A DNA stretch of 64,000 bases, taken from positions 1,364,001-1,428,000 of the forward strand of contig CAUYUJ010000002.1 of the NCBI GenBank assembly GCA_963575745.1, read 5' to 3'. The position numbers and the translations under genes are program-made. The notes beneath the pieces were generated by a model. The model did not search any database, was not told where the DNA came from, and worked only from the letters and a program-made list of their open reading frames with translations. Of the stretch, positions 37,516 to 49,552 are shown in pieces (within the stretch, counting starts at the first letter, position 1; the number at the start of each line of letters is the position of its first letter). Origin of the DNA: Prorocentrum cordatum. Lineage: Eukaryota.

Positions 37516-38388
37516 TGCACCCAAAACGAGGCCAGAACGACGTTAACATCGGGTGATGGTGAATCGAGAATCTCTGGGATCCGGCGGCTCTGGAAGATGT
37601 CTCCGGCGCCGCGGCCTTCCCAGAGCGTTCCGGAACGCTCTGTGAGCGATCGTTCCGGAACACTCGGAACGGATTTATCCTCGCCCTAGCCCCTTCCGAA
37701 GAGCCCCTCCTAAGCACAATGTGGCACTTATTTCAGCGTCTTGACTGTACCGCAGGGCTTGCCAGGTCGTGGCGAAGCACGGGCGAGCATCATCATCAGC
37801 TTCAGCACGGGGCACCGCTCTTGTGAGAACGGTGCTTGGTCACGACGAATTCCATTGACGCGAAGGGGCGCAGGGGCCCGACATTGTCAGCAACACCGTT
37901 GGGGGCAGCGCGCGCGTACGGGCGGACAGTGGAACCAGAATCTTCCCTGAAGCATGGAACAAACATGCACGTTTCGAAGGTCCACGCGGAGGTGTTGGCT
38001 TGGCATCGCAATCACCCCCCCTCTCACCATGTCGCGCGGAACGCGTCATGGGTGGCGCTGGAGGCGCCGCCACGGGGGGCCCTCCTCCTCGTCCCCCTCC
38101 TTCCTTTGTGGCGCTGCGCTAACTCGAGCCAATGTGCTGTACCGTGCGATGGATCAAAAATAAGCAGTGCGAGGCCGACTTAGGCATAGCGACGCACAAA
38201 CTGAGCAGACGGCGCGTGCAGATCAGGACGTGCAGGCAGAATCCCCCTCCTCCTGCTCCTCCTCCTCCTCCTCCTGCTCCTCCTCCTCCTCTGCCTCCTC
38301 CTCTGCCTCCTCCTCCTCCTCCTCCTCCTCCTCCTCCCCTCCTCCTCTGCCTCCTCCTCCTCCTCCTCCCTCCGCCCTCCCCCACGGC

Positions 38389-38511
38389 CTGCCCGAGCTG
38401 CGCCACCCAGACCCTAATGTTATCCTCGGCGTCCGCATCGTCGAAGGCGTCGACCATCGGGACGGTCGCCGTCACCATGGTCGCTTCGTGACCTCTGAAG
38501 CTTTTCTCCAC
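38389..38511 (-). CDS. Exon of dual-specificity phosphatase-like gene (general-acid Asp loop region)
   Basis: CAG acceptor at 38514-38512. 123 nt encode VEKSFRGHEATMVTATVPMVDAFDDADAEDNIRVWVAQLGQ, then a CAG|GC donor. Phase 0/0 fits both neighbouring exons; 'vPmvD' fits the DSP acid loop. Confidence 0.75.
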
Positions 38512-38780
38512 CTGGCGGAACGGCGGGGGGGCAAAGCGAGGATAGCACTGGGGGCCCGCAAACAGTGCGGTGATCGCACCATGCGGGGACTCGGGGTCAC
38601 CGCACGGTTTTGGGACTTGGGTCGTTATGCGAGGACGTCTCGGGCGACTGGGACCCCAAGACCGTGCGGTGACGGACCCTGCGGTAGCGGGTCCTGGGGC
38701 TTCGAGGTCACCGCACGGTCTGTGACCGCACAGTTTCGGGGACCACCAACAAAGGAATAACAACTGATTCCTCGGCAGCG

Positions 38781-38940
38781 TTAGGTCGGGCATGTCCTCT
38801 TACAGGCGGATTTTGGACGAATAATAAAACATATCCAGAACATATTCAACAACAAATCCAAACATAATCGGGAAACCGTCCCCTGACTATGCTTTACTAT
38901 TCTTGAATGTTCCTCCTGAAAACGGACATGCCCGAATTAA
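38781..38940. mobile_element. 160-bp MITE, copy 1
   Basis: TTAGGTCGGGCATGTCC ... GGACATGCCCGAATTAA, AT-rich interior; second copy at 44780-44939. Confidence 0.8.
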
Positions 38941-39066
38941 ACGGCAGCGCAGGCGAACGCTGGCGCGTGGGTCGGCACCGGCGGGGCGCACCGGGCGCGG
39001 GGCGCATGGACGCGCGGGAGCACCGAGGGCGGCCGCGGAGAGTCGGAGATCTGCGGACCCGGGTCA

Positions 39067-39285
39067 ATCCAAACCCGGGTCAGCCAGGCCTTGCATGATC
39101 CTGCAGGATCATCCACGGTTCAACAAGGGTCGGTGCGACCCCGGCTCTGCAGCATCCTGCAGGATCCTGGCGGATCCTGCGCCCAAGCCAGGGTCACTGC
39201 GGCCCAGGCCCTGCAGCATCCTGCAGCATCCTGCGCCCAAGCCCAGGTCAGTGCGACCCCGGCTCTGCGAGATCCTGCAGGAGCT
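39067..39285. repeat. ~55-bp tandem repeat with ATCCTGCAG(G/C)AT cores
   Basis: About 4 units, direct reading. Confidence 0.7.
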
Positions 39286-39769
39286 GGTGCCCTGACTGAC
39301 CCCGTTTGCATGGACCCCCGTCGCAACGCATTTCGCAGCTCCCAGGAGCCAGGCGCGCACGGTGGCACCTAAAGCCCCATGGGCGCCTGGCGCGCCCGGT
39401 GCGCGTGGCGCGCCTGGCACGCGCGGCGCCCCTCGCCCAAAACGCGCGCACCTGGGGCGAATATTGGTTCCCAGTGGCTGCAGATCCAGAGACGACCGCT
39501 GAATAAGCTGAGACTCGGGCACTACTTCAGTGTTGGGAGGGCGGGTGGCAGTGCCGGCGCGGTGCCAAGCGGCGCTGCTCCTTGGCGAATTGCCTTGCGC
39601 GGGGGGTCGCACGGAGGCGTCTGCATGCCTGGCTGCGCAACGCATTGCGCAGCTCCCAAGGGTCCCAGACTGAGCCTCTGAGTGGGGTCGAGCGCCGCGG
39701 CTGCGCGCGTGCTCGCGTCCGCACGTCAAAAGAAGGGTGGGGGGGAGCAAGACAGTGTGCGTCAAAGAG

Positions 39770-40630
39770 AGGTGTCCTGACCCCTCCCCCATACCCCCTC
39801 CCCTGGGTCTGGACGGGCGGGGGCCCGAGGGATGTTTTGAGCGCTCAAGATGGCCCAGGGTGGCTCCAAGATGGCCGCCGACGTCCCGGGATGACCACCA
39901 AGACGGCTCAAGATACTTCAAGAAGATCGCCTCCCACATGCATCCAGGAGGCCTTAAGATGTGTTCCAAGATGGTTCCAAGCGCACTCCGATTCTTCAAG
40001 GCGCCCCCCGAGAGGCCAGAATCCTTCAACGACCTCTGAAAAAAAGGCGTTCTGTGTCTTCTCGCCGTTTCGTTTTCGATGCGCCTCTGAGGCTTCAGAG
40101 AGCCCCAAGAGCGGCCTCAGAGGCCCCAAGGCGGCCCCAAGAGTGCCCAAGAGGCGCCCGAAATCGTCCTGCGAGGTAACCGAAGGGATATGTTCAGTAT
40201 TCCGAGAGGGGGGGTGGATGAATTGCCGCCGCCCTTCTTTTTCCCAAGAGGGCCCAAGGAGGACCAAAAGGGCTTCTGAAATGGCCCGATGGCCCCAAAA
40301 GGGCCTCCAAGGCCCTCCAAGATGGAGGGCCTGAAGAGGGTCCCAAGTGAGCTTCAAGAGGGCCCCCAGGGAGCCCCAAAGACTTCCGAAAGGCCCTCAA
40401 GATGGCTCGAACAAGCTGCCAACAAGCTCCCATGTCGAAAGATTGGCGAAGGTATCTATTGGCTGACGCCTGGGCCTGCTCAGACTGACCCCAATATGTT
40501 GCTCGACGGCAGCCCCGCCAGTTGTTCCACTGCGCGTTTACGCACTTCTCAGATCGGTGCAACTCGCCTGGGCATCGTTGCTGGATGGGCAGGTAGGGAT
40601 ACTCGAAGCGTCGAGAGGTTCCAAGCCTAG
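39770..40630 (+). repeat. Internally repetitive region built from CCAAGA(T/G)GGCC-like words; probable non-coding dispersed repeat
   Basis: Many CCAAGATGG, CCCAAGAG and GGCCCC words; no credible protein. Confidence 0.5.
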
Positions 40631-42281
40631 CCTGCGTTCTATGTTTAGGGCGTCCTGAGTTGGCCTTCGATATGGCTTGCTCTCATGGAAAAAACAGCAA
40701 CAAACAGACAACCACCAGAAGCAACGAACCAAACGTTCTCGGTCCTTCAAGAATGAAGGGGCCCACAAACACACACACACACACATAAATACACACACAT
40801 AAAATGATTCCCCATATTTTCCTATATGCTCTGGGTGTTTGTCTTCCCCCCCACTTCCCATTTGTTTCCCATATCTTCTGGGGAATCGACGATTGATTGT
40901 GTCTGTATTCTTTCCCCTCCTCAAAGGATGGTGTTCCCGCTGCAGCGTTGGTCACATTTCGAAATCGGCGCGTGGCCCCCGTCGTTCAGATGTGCGCTCT
41001 CGCCCAGGCCCCGGCCTAGGCCACGCTTCTGGATACAATTCGCCTCGTCGTTGCAGTCCCCCTCTTCCTGCTCCCCTCCCCTCCCCTCCTCCTCCTCCTC
41101 CTCCTCCTCCTCCTCCTCCTCCTCCCCTCCTCCTCCCCCTCTTCCTGCTCCCCTTCCCTAGGCCCTCCTCCTCCTCCTCCTTCTCTGGCCGCTGCTGCGC
41201 TCCGTCTTCTTCATGATCCTGCTCTGCCGTCTGCTCGTCCACCTGTTCATCCAGCCTCCCCCGTCCGATGTAGAAAGCCTGCCTTTCCGATTGCGCATGA
41301 CACGATGGGGCCAATTGAGAGGTCTAGGTCATCTAAAACACCCTGGCCAGCGAACAGAAAAGGGATGTCAGACATGGCATGAACGCAAAAAGCTTGCCAC
41401 GCCTTTTCCTTTTTCTCCTCCTCCTCTTCTTCTTCCTCCTCCTCCTCCTCATCTCCGTCACCTCCACCCTGCTCCCTCCTCCTCCTCCTCCTCCTACTCC
41501 TCCTCCTCCTCGTGCTCCTCCTGCTGCTCCTCCTCCTCCTCCTCTCCAAATCTCCGACGTGGACCCGCAAAGGGCTGTGCCCCGAGATCGGTGCTTCCCG
41601 GCGACGGCCCCCAGAAGCCGAAGCGCCAAACCTCCCGTCGTGATCTCCTCACATCGAGAGGGGGAGGGGGCCCCTCCTGCCCCCTCCTCTCCTCCCCCTC
41701 CCCCTCCTCTCGGACGCCTGGCGGCGTTCTGTCGTCACTCGGCTCTCCCGTGGCCGTCCGCGGGGCGATCCGGGCGCCCCCGGAGCGCCCTCGGCGGGGC
41801 GCAGCTGCTGGCAGGCGTCCCGGGGGCCGCCGAGGCCCGCCGACGAGCGCCCGCAGACTGCGAGCCTCGAGCCTCGGCGCGCCGCCGACTGCCCCGTGCC
41901 TCTCCCTCCCATAGGCACGCGATGCTGGGATCCTTTCAGTGCCCGGGGGCGTCCAAGAGGGGGGGCGCCAGTCATGGCCAGCGGCACGTGCGCGGCCCAG
42001 GCGGGGGCCGGGGGGCGTAATGAAAAATCAGGAGAGACGCCATGAAATCTGTGGAGGTGTCATGGCCCCCGCCATCATATCCACCCCTACTAGTCATCCC
42101 CCCCTTTTGGCCGCCCCCCGACCCGTTCCCCAGGGCCTGTTTTCGCATCGCGAGTCTTCTTGCTGACGGGCATGGGGCCACGCGAGGGCCCCCCGAGGCC
42201 GAAAACAGCCAACAAAAAACCTCCCGTCGTGATGTTTGTGCGACGCCAGCGCGTCTGGGTCCGCTGCCGCCGCCGGCCCGC

Positions 42282-42401
42282 CTCCGCCGCCACGTTCAGG
42301 CGGTGCGTGATGCCCTGCGCGGCGAGCAGGTCGGCGCGCGCCGCGGCCTCGAAGTCGCTCCACCACAGCTCCAGGGAGCCGGGGCCACTGCCGGCGAGCA
42401 C
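42282..42401 (-). CDS. Exon of dual-specificity phosphatase-like gene (start of DSP domain)
   Basis: VLAGSGPGSLELWWSDFEAAARADLLAAQGITHRLNVAAE matches the DSP N-terminal 'LylG...A.....L...gIThvlNva.E' pattern. GAG|GTG acceptor (5' boundary less certain) and GAG|GC donor. Confidence 0.8.
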
Positions 42402-42503
42402 CTCGCCGAGGACGCCGCGGAGCGGAGGGGAGCAGCGGCTCGCGGATCCAAGGCGGCGGGGCGGCGGAGGAGAGGGAGGAGGAAGGAGGCGGAGGTCGAA
42501 GAA

Positions 42504-42540
42504 TCCGTAGCTATTTTGGCTCAAGCCATCTTGGCTCAAG
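42504..42540 (+). other. DinoSL plus tandem relict SL
   Basis: TCCGTAGCTATTTTGGCTCAAG (1 mismatch to DCCGTAGCCATTTTGGCTCAAG) followed by CCATCTTGGCTCAAG (1 mismatch to the 15-nt relict). Confidence 0.92.
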
Positions 42541-43880
42541 CCGTTTCAGAGATTGACAGTTCTGTCTTCACATTGGACCCTCGAGTTGCTCGGTTCTCCC
42601 GCGGAGCTCCCGCGGCGATGGCAATGCACAGTTCCCTTTCTCTTGCGGCGGAAATGGTTGCAGCCGCGGCCTATGGCGCATCGGCTGGAGGGGGCTCATG
42701 GAAGGTTGTCGCTTGGGCAGTTGCTGCAGCGACGCGCACCGTCATGGACGGGAGGCTGGACAAGAGCGAGGGCAGCACGGAACCCAGCGAGGTCGATGAT
42801 GAGGCGAGGGTGCGCATCGACGCCATCAAATCATGGCTCATCAGCCAGGTGTAGGGGCGTCGCTCTTCGAGAGGGCAACACGCAATGCGGGCGCCCACCA
42901 TCTCATGGGCGAGGGGGCTGCGGTGCTCCAGGAGGCTTTGCAGCACCCGCAGAGCACGCAACGTGAAGGCCGGGCCCATGGGGAAACACCCGAAAAGGTC
43001 TTTCACAGTAACGTCCAGGAGTTCTTCATCGGGGACACGTCCAGTGACGAAGGTGAAGGCGAGGCCCAGACTTTCGAGTACGGCTTGAACCTGGAGCTGA
43101 AACTGGCCGACCTCAAGGACATGCTCCTCCAGCTCCGGGCAGACGTCCTCAGCGTGCCTGCGCCGAGCGATCTGAGCAATCGCGCCTCAGGGGCTGACCC
43201 ACCGGTCACCAAACCCATCGCCATCACGACTCTCACGAGCGAGGCCATGGTCACTGAGGCGTTTGGCAAGAAAGATATCCCTCCCCAGGAGCTGTCCAGC
43301 CGCAGGTCGCCATGGACATCGGCGAGATGGCCACACGGGGCGATATCCTCATCGAAGGTAAGAATGCGATTGATTTCATAAAGACTTGCACTCGCAGGCT
43401 TCCGCAAGATAGGAAATGCAGCAAGTCGCGGGCGCCACCATGATAGATGTAGCCCAAACCGACTCCCTTGTAACAGACAGGGCTGATTCGCAGAGGGCCA
43501 CGCATGCAGATGGCAAAGGGTCAAAGGGGCGGAGAGGTGGTCTCAAGTCGAAGCGCCTCCCAAGCCCAAAAGGTGGTTCGAAAGGTAGCCATCGCTGCGC
43601 ACTCCTTGCAAGAATGCTACAGAAAACGGGCATCACCTTCGAGACCGACGGCGACCCGCTTTACGACGAGATCGAGAGCGAGCTCATCACCATGGCTGAA
43701 AGAAGGAGGCTCGGTCAATGAGCTATGCGAGCATCTCGTAGGGCGATTGCACCCGCCTAATTGCCACAGTGGCACGCCCTAAACAGCGAATATGTAAGGC
43801 CGTTTCGAATTTTAGGGTGTCTGTTGTGGTGCGTGGCGTAGGCGCTTGCACAGGACCCTGCTATTGAGGGTCTCTTGACA
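42504..43880 (+). pseudogene. SL-headed intronless retrocopy or non-autonomous retroelement with a disrupted ORF
   Basis: After the SLs comes ATG 42618 MAMHSSLSLAAEMVAAAAYG..., broken by stops and frameshifts to TGA 43721. Hairpin-rich 3' region, then (CCT)n. Product unknown; 3' boundary approximate. Confidence 0.65.
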
Positions 43881-44411
43881 TCTTCCTCTTCCTCCTCCTC
43901 CTCCTCCTCCCTTCCACAGCTGGCAGATGAGACGCCAGGCGAGGCCACAGCCTGGGCTCTGCTTGTAGGGGTGGGGAGGGCGGGGGAAGGCGGGTTGAGC
44001 GGTGGGGCGAGACGATGATTATGCCGCGGACTCGGTGCGCCAGGGACATGGCAAATGTCACCGAAACGGTGCGCCTGAGGACTGGCACAGGTGCAGCTTC
44101 AGCTGACCGTTGTTGCGTTGCCTGGCCCCGAGGAGGAAGAGGGACATCCAGGAAGGGTCTGGGGCTCCCACTTTTCGGGGCTGGGCCGCAACTATCATTC
44201 AGGCGCGTGATTTCTGTGCTCGCACGGACACGCTTCAGAGCGCTACAGTGCTACAGGTGGGTCGAAGGTGAGGCCATGAAAGGCAGGGCGGGCGAGGCAA
44301 GGGGGAGGAGAAGGGAGCGTTAGGAGGAGGGTTGGCAGGAAAGGGTGGAGCAGGGGGGGGGAAAGGAGGAAGAGGAGGAGGTCGACGACGACAAAGACGA
44401 CGACGAGGACG

Positions 44412-44436
44412 TGGCTCAAGACATCTCGGCTCCAAG
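44412..44436 (+). other. Possible truncated SL plus degenerate relict SL
   Basis: TGGCTCAAG immediately followed by ACATCTCGGCTCCAAG, right after a (GAC)n tract. Confidence 0.45.
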
Positions 44437-44779
44437 GGTCCGGGTTGACGCCTCGCCGGAGCTAAAACCATCCCTGGGCATCGGCCATGAGCAGTGCGAT
44501 GTCACTCCTCCGCCTCCCATGCATCAAGAAAAATGGCTTGCGACTCCGAGATCCCGTGGGGAGGCGAAGGGGAGCCTTTGCGAGAAGGGTGCGCGGTGAA
44601 AACACCAGCGAAACCCAGGGCACCCTGGAGGCAAGCAGGGTGTTTCTTGGCATGGGTCTCCACTGTATGCCGGCGAGAGCCGGCCAAGGCAGAGCCGAAA
44701 AGCCAAAGCTGCAAGGGGATTCACCCTCACGAAGGCAGCGCGTGCTTAGCACGGTCACCTATCAACTTCGTGCATAGCA

Positions 44780-44939
44780 TTAGGTCGGGCATGTCCCCCT
44801 ACAGGCAGATTTTGAAGGACAAATGAAAAATAGCCAAACAATGCTCAAACATGGTCAAACAATAATCGAAAAATCGTCCCCGTACTATGTTTTGTCTACT
44901 TTGGGATATTCATCCTGTAGAGGGACATCCCAGACTTAA
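44780..44939. mobile_element. 160-bp MITE, copy 2
   Basis: TTAGGTCGGGCATGTCCCCCTACAGG ... CCTGTAGAGGGACATCCCAGACTTAA. Confidence 0.8.
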
Positions 44940-45074
44940 GCATAGCGCCGCGCGAGATCAACTTCGAGCCATCGCGGCCTCGCCCGACCACCCTTGGAGA
45001 AGGGTAGCCGCTGTGGCCCAGGCCGCGACGCGCGAAGCGCAAGTATCTTGGTGCCCCCCGCGGTTGACCTGGCT

Positions 45075-45266
45075 TACGGCAGGTTCGTGTCGTGTCGACC
45101 CGGGGCTTGGCTACTGACACCGCGGGGATCGTTGAACCTTGAACGATCGGCCGTTTCCGAAACGTCAGACCGATCAACATCGACCGATTCTGGGTCGCCA
45201 GCGGCTTTCAACGTTGAACTCCGCCTGCGGGGTCGCCGCCAGTCGACACGACGTGAACCTGCCGTA
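45075..45266. mobile_element. TA-flanked MITE (Tc1/mariner/pogo-like ends)
   Basis: TACGGCAGGTTCGTGTCGTGTCGAC and GTCGACACGACGTGAACCTGCCGTA form a 25-bp inverted repeat with 2 mismatches, with TA at both ends. Confidence 0.85.
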
Positions 45267-45734
45267 CTGTGCGCGCTTGTCGCAAGAGAACCTAGAGATT
45301 CTGGCCATGAGAGCGTAAGCCAGCTGCCCGCGAACGCCTCAGGGAAGAAGATGAGTCACGACGTCACTCCTGCGAACACGCCCCAGAGACCCCCCACAAG
45401 CAAAACAACCGATCTGGAAACGAAACTCCCGTCGTTCAGATACTTGCCACCACGAATGCATTCGAGAGACTTCCACAAAGACTGGTGGCAGTACCCCCGA
45501 GAGGAAAGGACCACATATGCTCCTAAGTAGCGGCAGCAAGGGAGGGAACGAGCGGGTTTGAGGGGCGACGTGAGGGGTGGACTGGCTGGAGGGGAAGCTC
45601 GACCTGGAGTCGGCGATACATCCTCCAGGAGACATCCCCTCGATGGAGGGAGGAAGCGAAGACGACGTCGTCGGCAAGGTCGGCGGCGGCGGCGGTAGCG
45701 CCGGCGCCGGCGTCGCCGGCGTCGCCGACGGCGC

Positions 45735-45779
<45 letters not shown>

Positions 45780-45884
45780 CCAGCGGCGGCGGCGGTGGCG
45801 GCGACGACGCCTGGCGGCGGCGGCGACGGCGGCGGCGGCGGCAACCATGGCCACGACGGCGACGGCGACGGCGAGCCAGAGGGC

Positions 45885-46024
45885 CTTCCGCGTCTGCAGC
45901 GGTGCGCCGTCGCCGGAGGCCGCGGGGCCGGCGCCCGCTGCCCGGAAGGCGGGCTGCGCCCGGGGCGGGGCGATGCCCAGGGCCGCGTCGGCGGCCCGCA
46001 GCACGGCGCCCGTGTACCTCCAGC
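45885..46024 (-). CDS. Probable upstream exon of the same gene
   Basis: Pyrimidine-rich CAG|GC acceptor, (G)WRYTGAVLRAADAALGIAPP...PLQTRK, AAG|GC donor. Phase 1/0 is compatible with 61174-61285 and 42282-42401. No domain motif recognised. Confidence 0.5.
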
Positions 46025-46114
46025 CTGGGAGCACGAGAAGCAAGCGCACGCAGGCACGCTCGCACGCACCACGCACGCGCGCGCACGCACACACACACAG
46101 ACACACAGACACAG

Positions 46115-46150
<36 letters not shown>

Positions 46151-48462
46151 ACGCACACGCACGCACACGCGCACACACACACACACACACGCACACGCAC
46201 ACACATACATTTGCGTCGGCTGCTAGGCAGAGAGTCACTGCGCTGGCGATGGGGCGTTGGTGGATGCACGAACGCGAAGTAAGCCAGCATGCAGGAGGAG
46301 GAGGGAGGAGGCGTCCGGCGGCGGCGGGAGGGAGGAAGCCCGGCCCGCTCAGAGCAGGGCCAGCCACACACACACACACACACACACTCTTGTTGGCGAT
46401 CGCGGCCTCGCGCGCAGCGACGAGGCGGAGAACATCCCCAGGCAACCAGAGAGCGCGCGCGGCTGGCTCCTCAGAAAACGGGGCAGGGATCCAAGACGGA
46501 TTAGTCGTGCCATGCGCACGCCCCAGCATGGTCAGCGGGGGTGACGGGGTGCAGGATGCGGCATGCCAGAGGGGCCAGCAAGGGGGTGCGCAGTGCAGCC
46601 AGGCGGCCGAGACGAGACGACAACAAATGTGGGCCAGTCACGAACAGTACAACGAGGCCGAGGCAAACACAGCAGGGCAGCACACACACACACACACACA
46701 CACACCGTGCTACCCATTGGCGTTCGGCACTCTCTGGCGGTCCTGGGCGGCCTCCCGCGGTGACTCCGCCGATCGAGGGGGCTCAGATCGAACGCCCTCT
46801 TGCACAAAACCAGCTTGCTGAGCTTCGTGGAAGACAGAGGGAACAGATCGCACCGTGATGCGCACGGCGACCTGTCACGCTGCCCTACACAGTTCGCATA
46901 AGGAGCAACAAACGGCAGAAACTGCCGGAGGTCCGCGCGGATTTCTTGGATCGGCGCTGCGCCCCACTCACGGCGCCTCCACCGCCGCCTCAGGCGCGCT
47001 CCGCGCGCCAGGGAGGATGACCCAGCGCGAATCCGAGAAATCCGCGCAGATCTCCGACTGGGTATGTTTCTTCCGTTTATGCAGATTCCTGTTGCATCGA
47101 CGAGTGGGCCAAGCTGCTGATTATCAGAAGGAGCGCCTGACAAGGAATGAAGCACTCCTTTGGCCCCAGACACGTCCGGGTGCGCGAGGCGCGCCAGGGG
47201 AACAGCCGTGGGAAGACCTGAGGAACAGCGAGCCCATTCCGCATCCGCAGTGCTCCTAACGCCAGTGATCAGTGATCCCTGGCCAGGCCCATCCTGGCCT
47301 CCAGATGGGCCCAGCCAGGATCGGTGCACGTACGGCCAGACCTGGGACAGAAAAACATGATTCAAGAGTATGAGACCCTCCGCCGACAAAAGCACCCCAA
47401 ACCAGAAGATCATTCGAGGATACCCTCCCCCGGGATGCACAAGATCACCCCGCAAGCACGAACACCATGGTACCCTTCCCGAACCGACCTCGATCTTATA
47501 CCTCGGTCTGGCCGTACAGTGCGGGCGCGGCCGCAAGAAACCTTCGCATGAAACCCAACCCTGAAAACCCGCGCGCGAGGTAAAACCCGGAGCACCCCGA
47601 ACGCAGCAGCTTCTTCACCGGCCGCGGAAAGTTACCGCGCCGCGCGCGGAGCGAAGAAACCCAGGGCACCTTGACGAAAAGCAGATAGTTTCTTGATGCG
47701 CGCCCCCACTGCATGTGCACAGTTCTTGCCTCGTTCTTGCCGCCCAGCAACCGCCGGCCGCGTCCGCGCGCACCTCGGGGCAGCTGGAGTCCTGGGCCGC
47801 CCGTGAACCGAACCCAGACACCCCTCGTAAAATCGGCCTCGACCTTGTCCTCATCTCGGGCCAGGCGAAAGGGGGGGAATAGCAAAGGGGGGGTCGAGAA
47901 TCAGCTCACGCAGCTGATTTTCCCGGCGCCTCCCGGCGCCGCCCGGCGCCGGAGGCGGCCATGTATCGAGGAATGGGCCCCTCGGTGGGGCTGAAACCAG
48001 CCGCATGCAGCAGAGTTCGTACCCCCCCTTTCCCTATCCCCCCCTTTCGTCTGGCCCGAATATCCTGAGACTGACACGACCGAATGCGACGACAATCTTA
48101 GGGATGCGCCCTCAGAAACCGAGGGAAACCGTAAGATCGGCAACGAGACAAGGAGACGCCAGTCGTAGATTTGGGATCTGGTGTCGCAAAGGCTTCTCGC
48201 CGCTTTCGGCCTCCAGAGCCGTTTCTGAACCCTGGAGCGCTCCACGGAAACAATTCACAGAGAGGGGCAACAAAAAACGCCAACAACACAAATTTCTTGG
48301 GGGTCCACGCGAATTCCGTGGATCCGTGCTGGGCCCCACCCGGCGGCGTCTTCGGCGCCCCCCCTGGCGCGCTCCGCGCGCCAGGGAGGGGGGTCCAGCG
48401 CAAGTGTATTGCAATTGCAAGTCCAACTGCACGTGATGCTGATGATTGATTGCGAACGTAAA

Positions 48463-48882
48463 CCTCCTCCTTCTCCTCCCCCTCCTCCTCCTCCTCCTCC
48501 TCCTCCTCCTCCTCCTCCTCCTCCTCCTCCTCCTCTCCACCTCCTCTTCCTTCACCTCCTGCTCCCCCCTCATCGTCGTCCCCATGCGCCGCCCCTCCTC
48601 AACTTCCGACTCCAAGATCCCGTTCTACACCCCCCTCCGATGCCTATGCGCCGGCACTCCTCTCCCTCCTCCGCCCCACTTCTCCCTTCTCCCCCCCCCG
48701 CCCCCTGCTCCTGCTCCTGCAACTGCTCCTGCTCCTGCTCCTCATCCTCCTCCATCTCCATCTCCTCCATCTCCTCCATCTCCTCCTCCTCCTCCCCTCC
48801 CCCTCCTCCTCCTCCTCCTCCTCCTCCTCATGCTCCTCCTACTGATGCTCCTCCTCCTCCCTCCTCCTCCTCCTCCTCCTCC

Positions 48883-48919
<37 letters not shown>

Positions 48920-48973
48920 TCATCAGCATCAGCATCAGCATCATCATCAGCATCATCACCATCATCATCATCA

Positions 48974-49026
<53 letters not shown>

Positions 49027-49055
49027 GCATCATCATCAGCATCAGCATCAGCATC

Positions 49056-49093
<38 letters not shown>

Positions 49094-49407
49094 GCAGCAG
49101 CATCAGCATCATCAGCATCAGCATCAGCATCAGCATCATCATCATCACCACCATCACCACCATCAGCATCATCATCATCACCACCACCACCATCACCACG
49201 ACCACGATCAGCATCATCATCAGCATCATCACCACACCACCACCACAATCATCATCATAAGCATCATCATCATAGTCATCATCTGCACCATCAGCATCAT
49301 CAGCATCATCATAATCATCAGCATCAGCATCATCATCATCATCATCAATATCATCATCATCAGCAACATCATCATCATCATCAGCATCACCATCACCATC
49401 ACCATCC

Positions 49408-49449
<42 letters not shown>

Positions 49450-49552
49450 GCATCATCATCATCATCGTCCTCGTCCTCATCCGTCCCTTCCCTCTCCTCG
49501 CCTCCTCCTCCTCCTCCTCCACCTCCTCCTCCTCCTCCTCCTCCTCCTCCTC
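48463..49552. repeat. Compound (CCT)n-(CAT)n-(CCT)n microsatellite, ~1.1 kb
   Basis: Direct reading; forms the 5' flank of LINE-B. Confidence 0.95.

Noticed and set aside
39843..39915. GCTCAAG and GGCTCAAG words as SL relics
   Set aside because: They are embedded in the CCAAGATGG-type repeat and lack the CCATTTT part.
40597..40630. Helitron 3' end (CTCGA/TCGAG hairpin then CTAG)
   Set aside because: The stem is only 5 bp, the next base is not T, and no matching 5' TC end was identified.
42504..42560. SL RNA gene
   Set aside because: The SL is followed by a relict SL rather than a GT-starting SL intron; at 49551 it is followed by AT. Both are retroposed mRNA ends.
46390..47860. Extra exon candidates at ~46405-46470 and ~47660-47855 (minus)
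   Set aside because: They have plausible splice dinucleotides, but no frame or phase assignment was convincing. Unresolved without cDNA.
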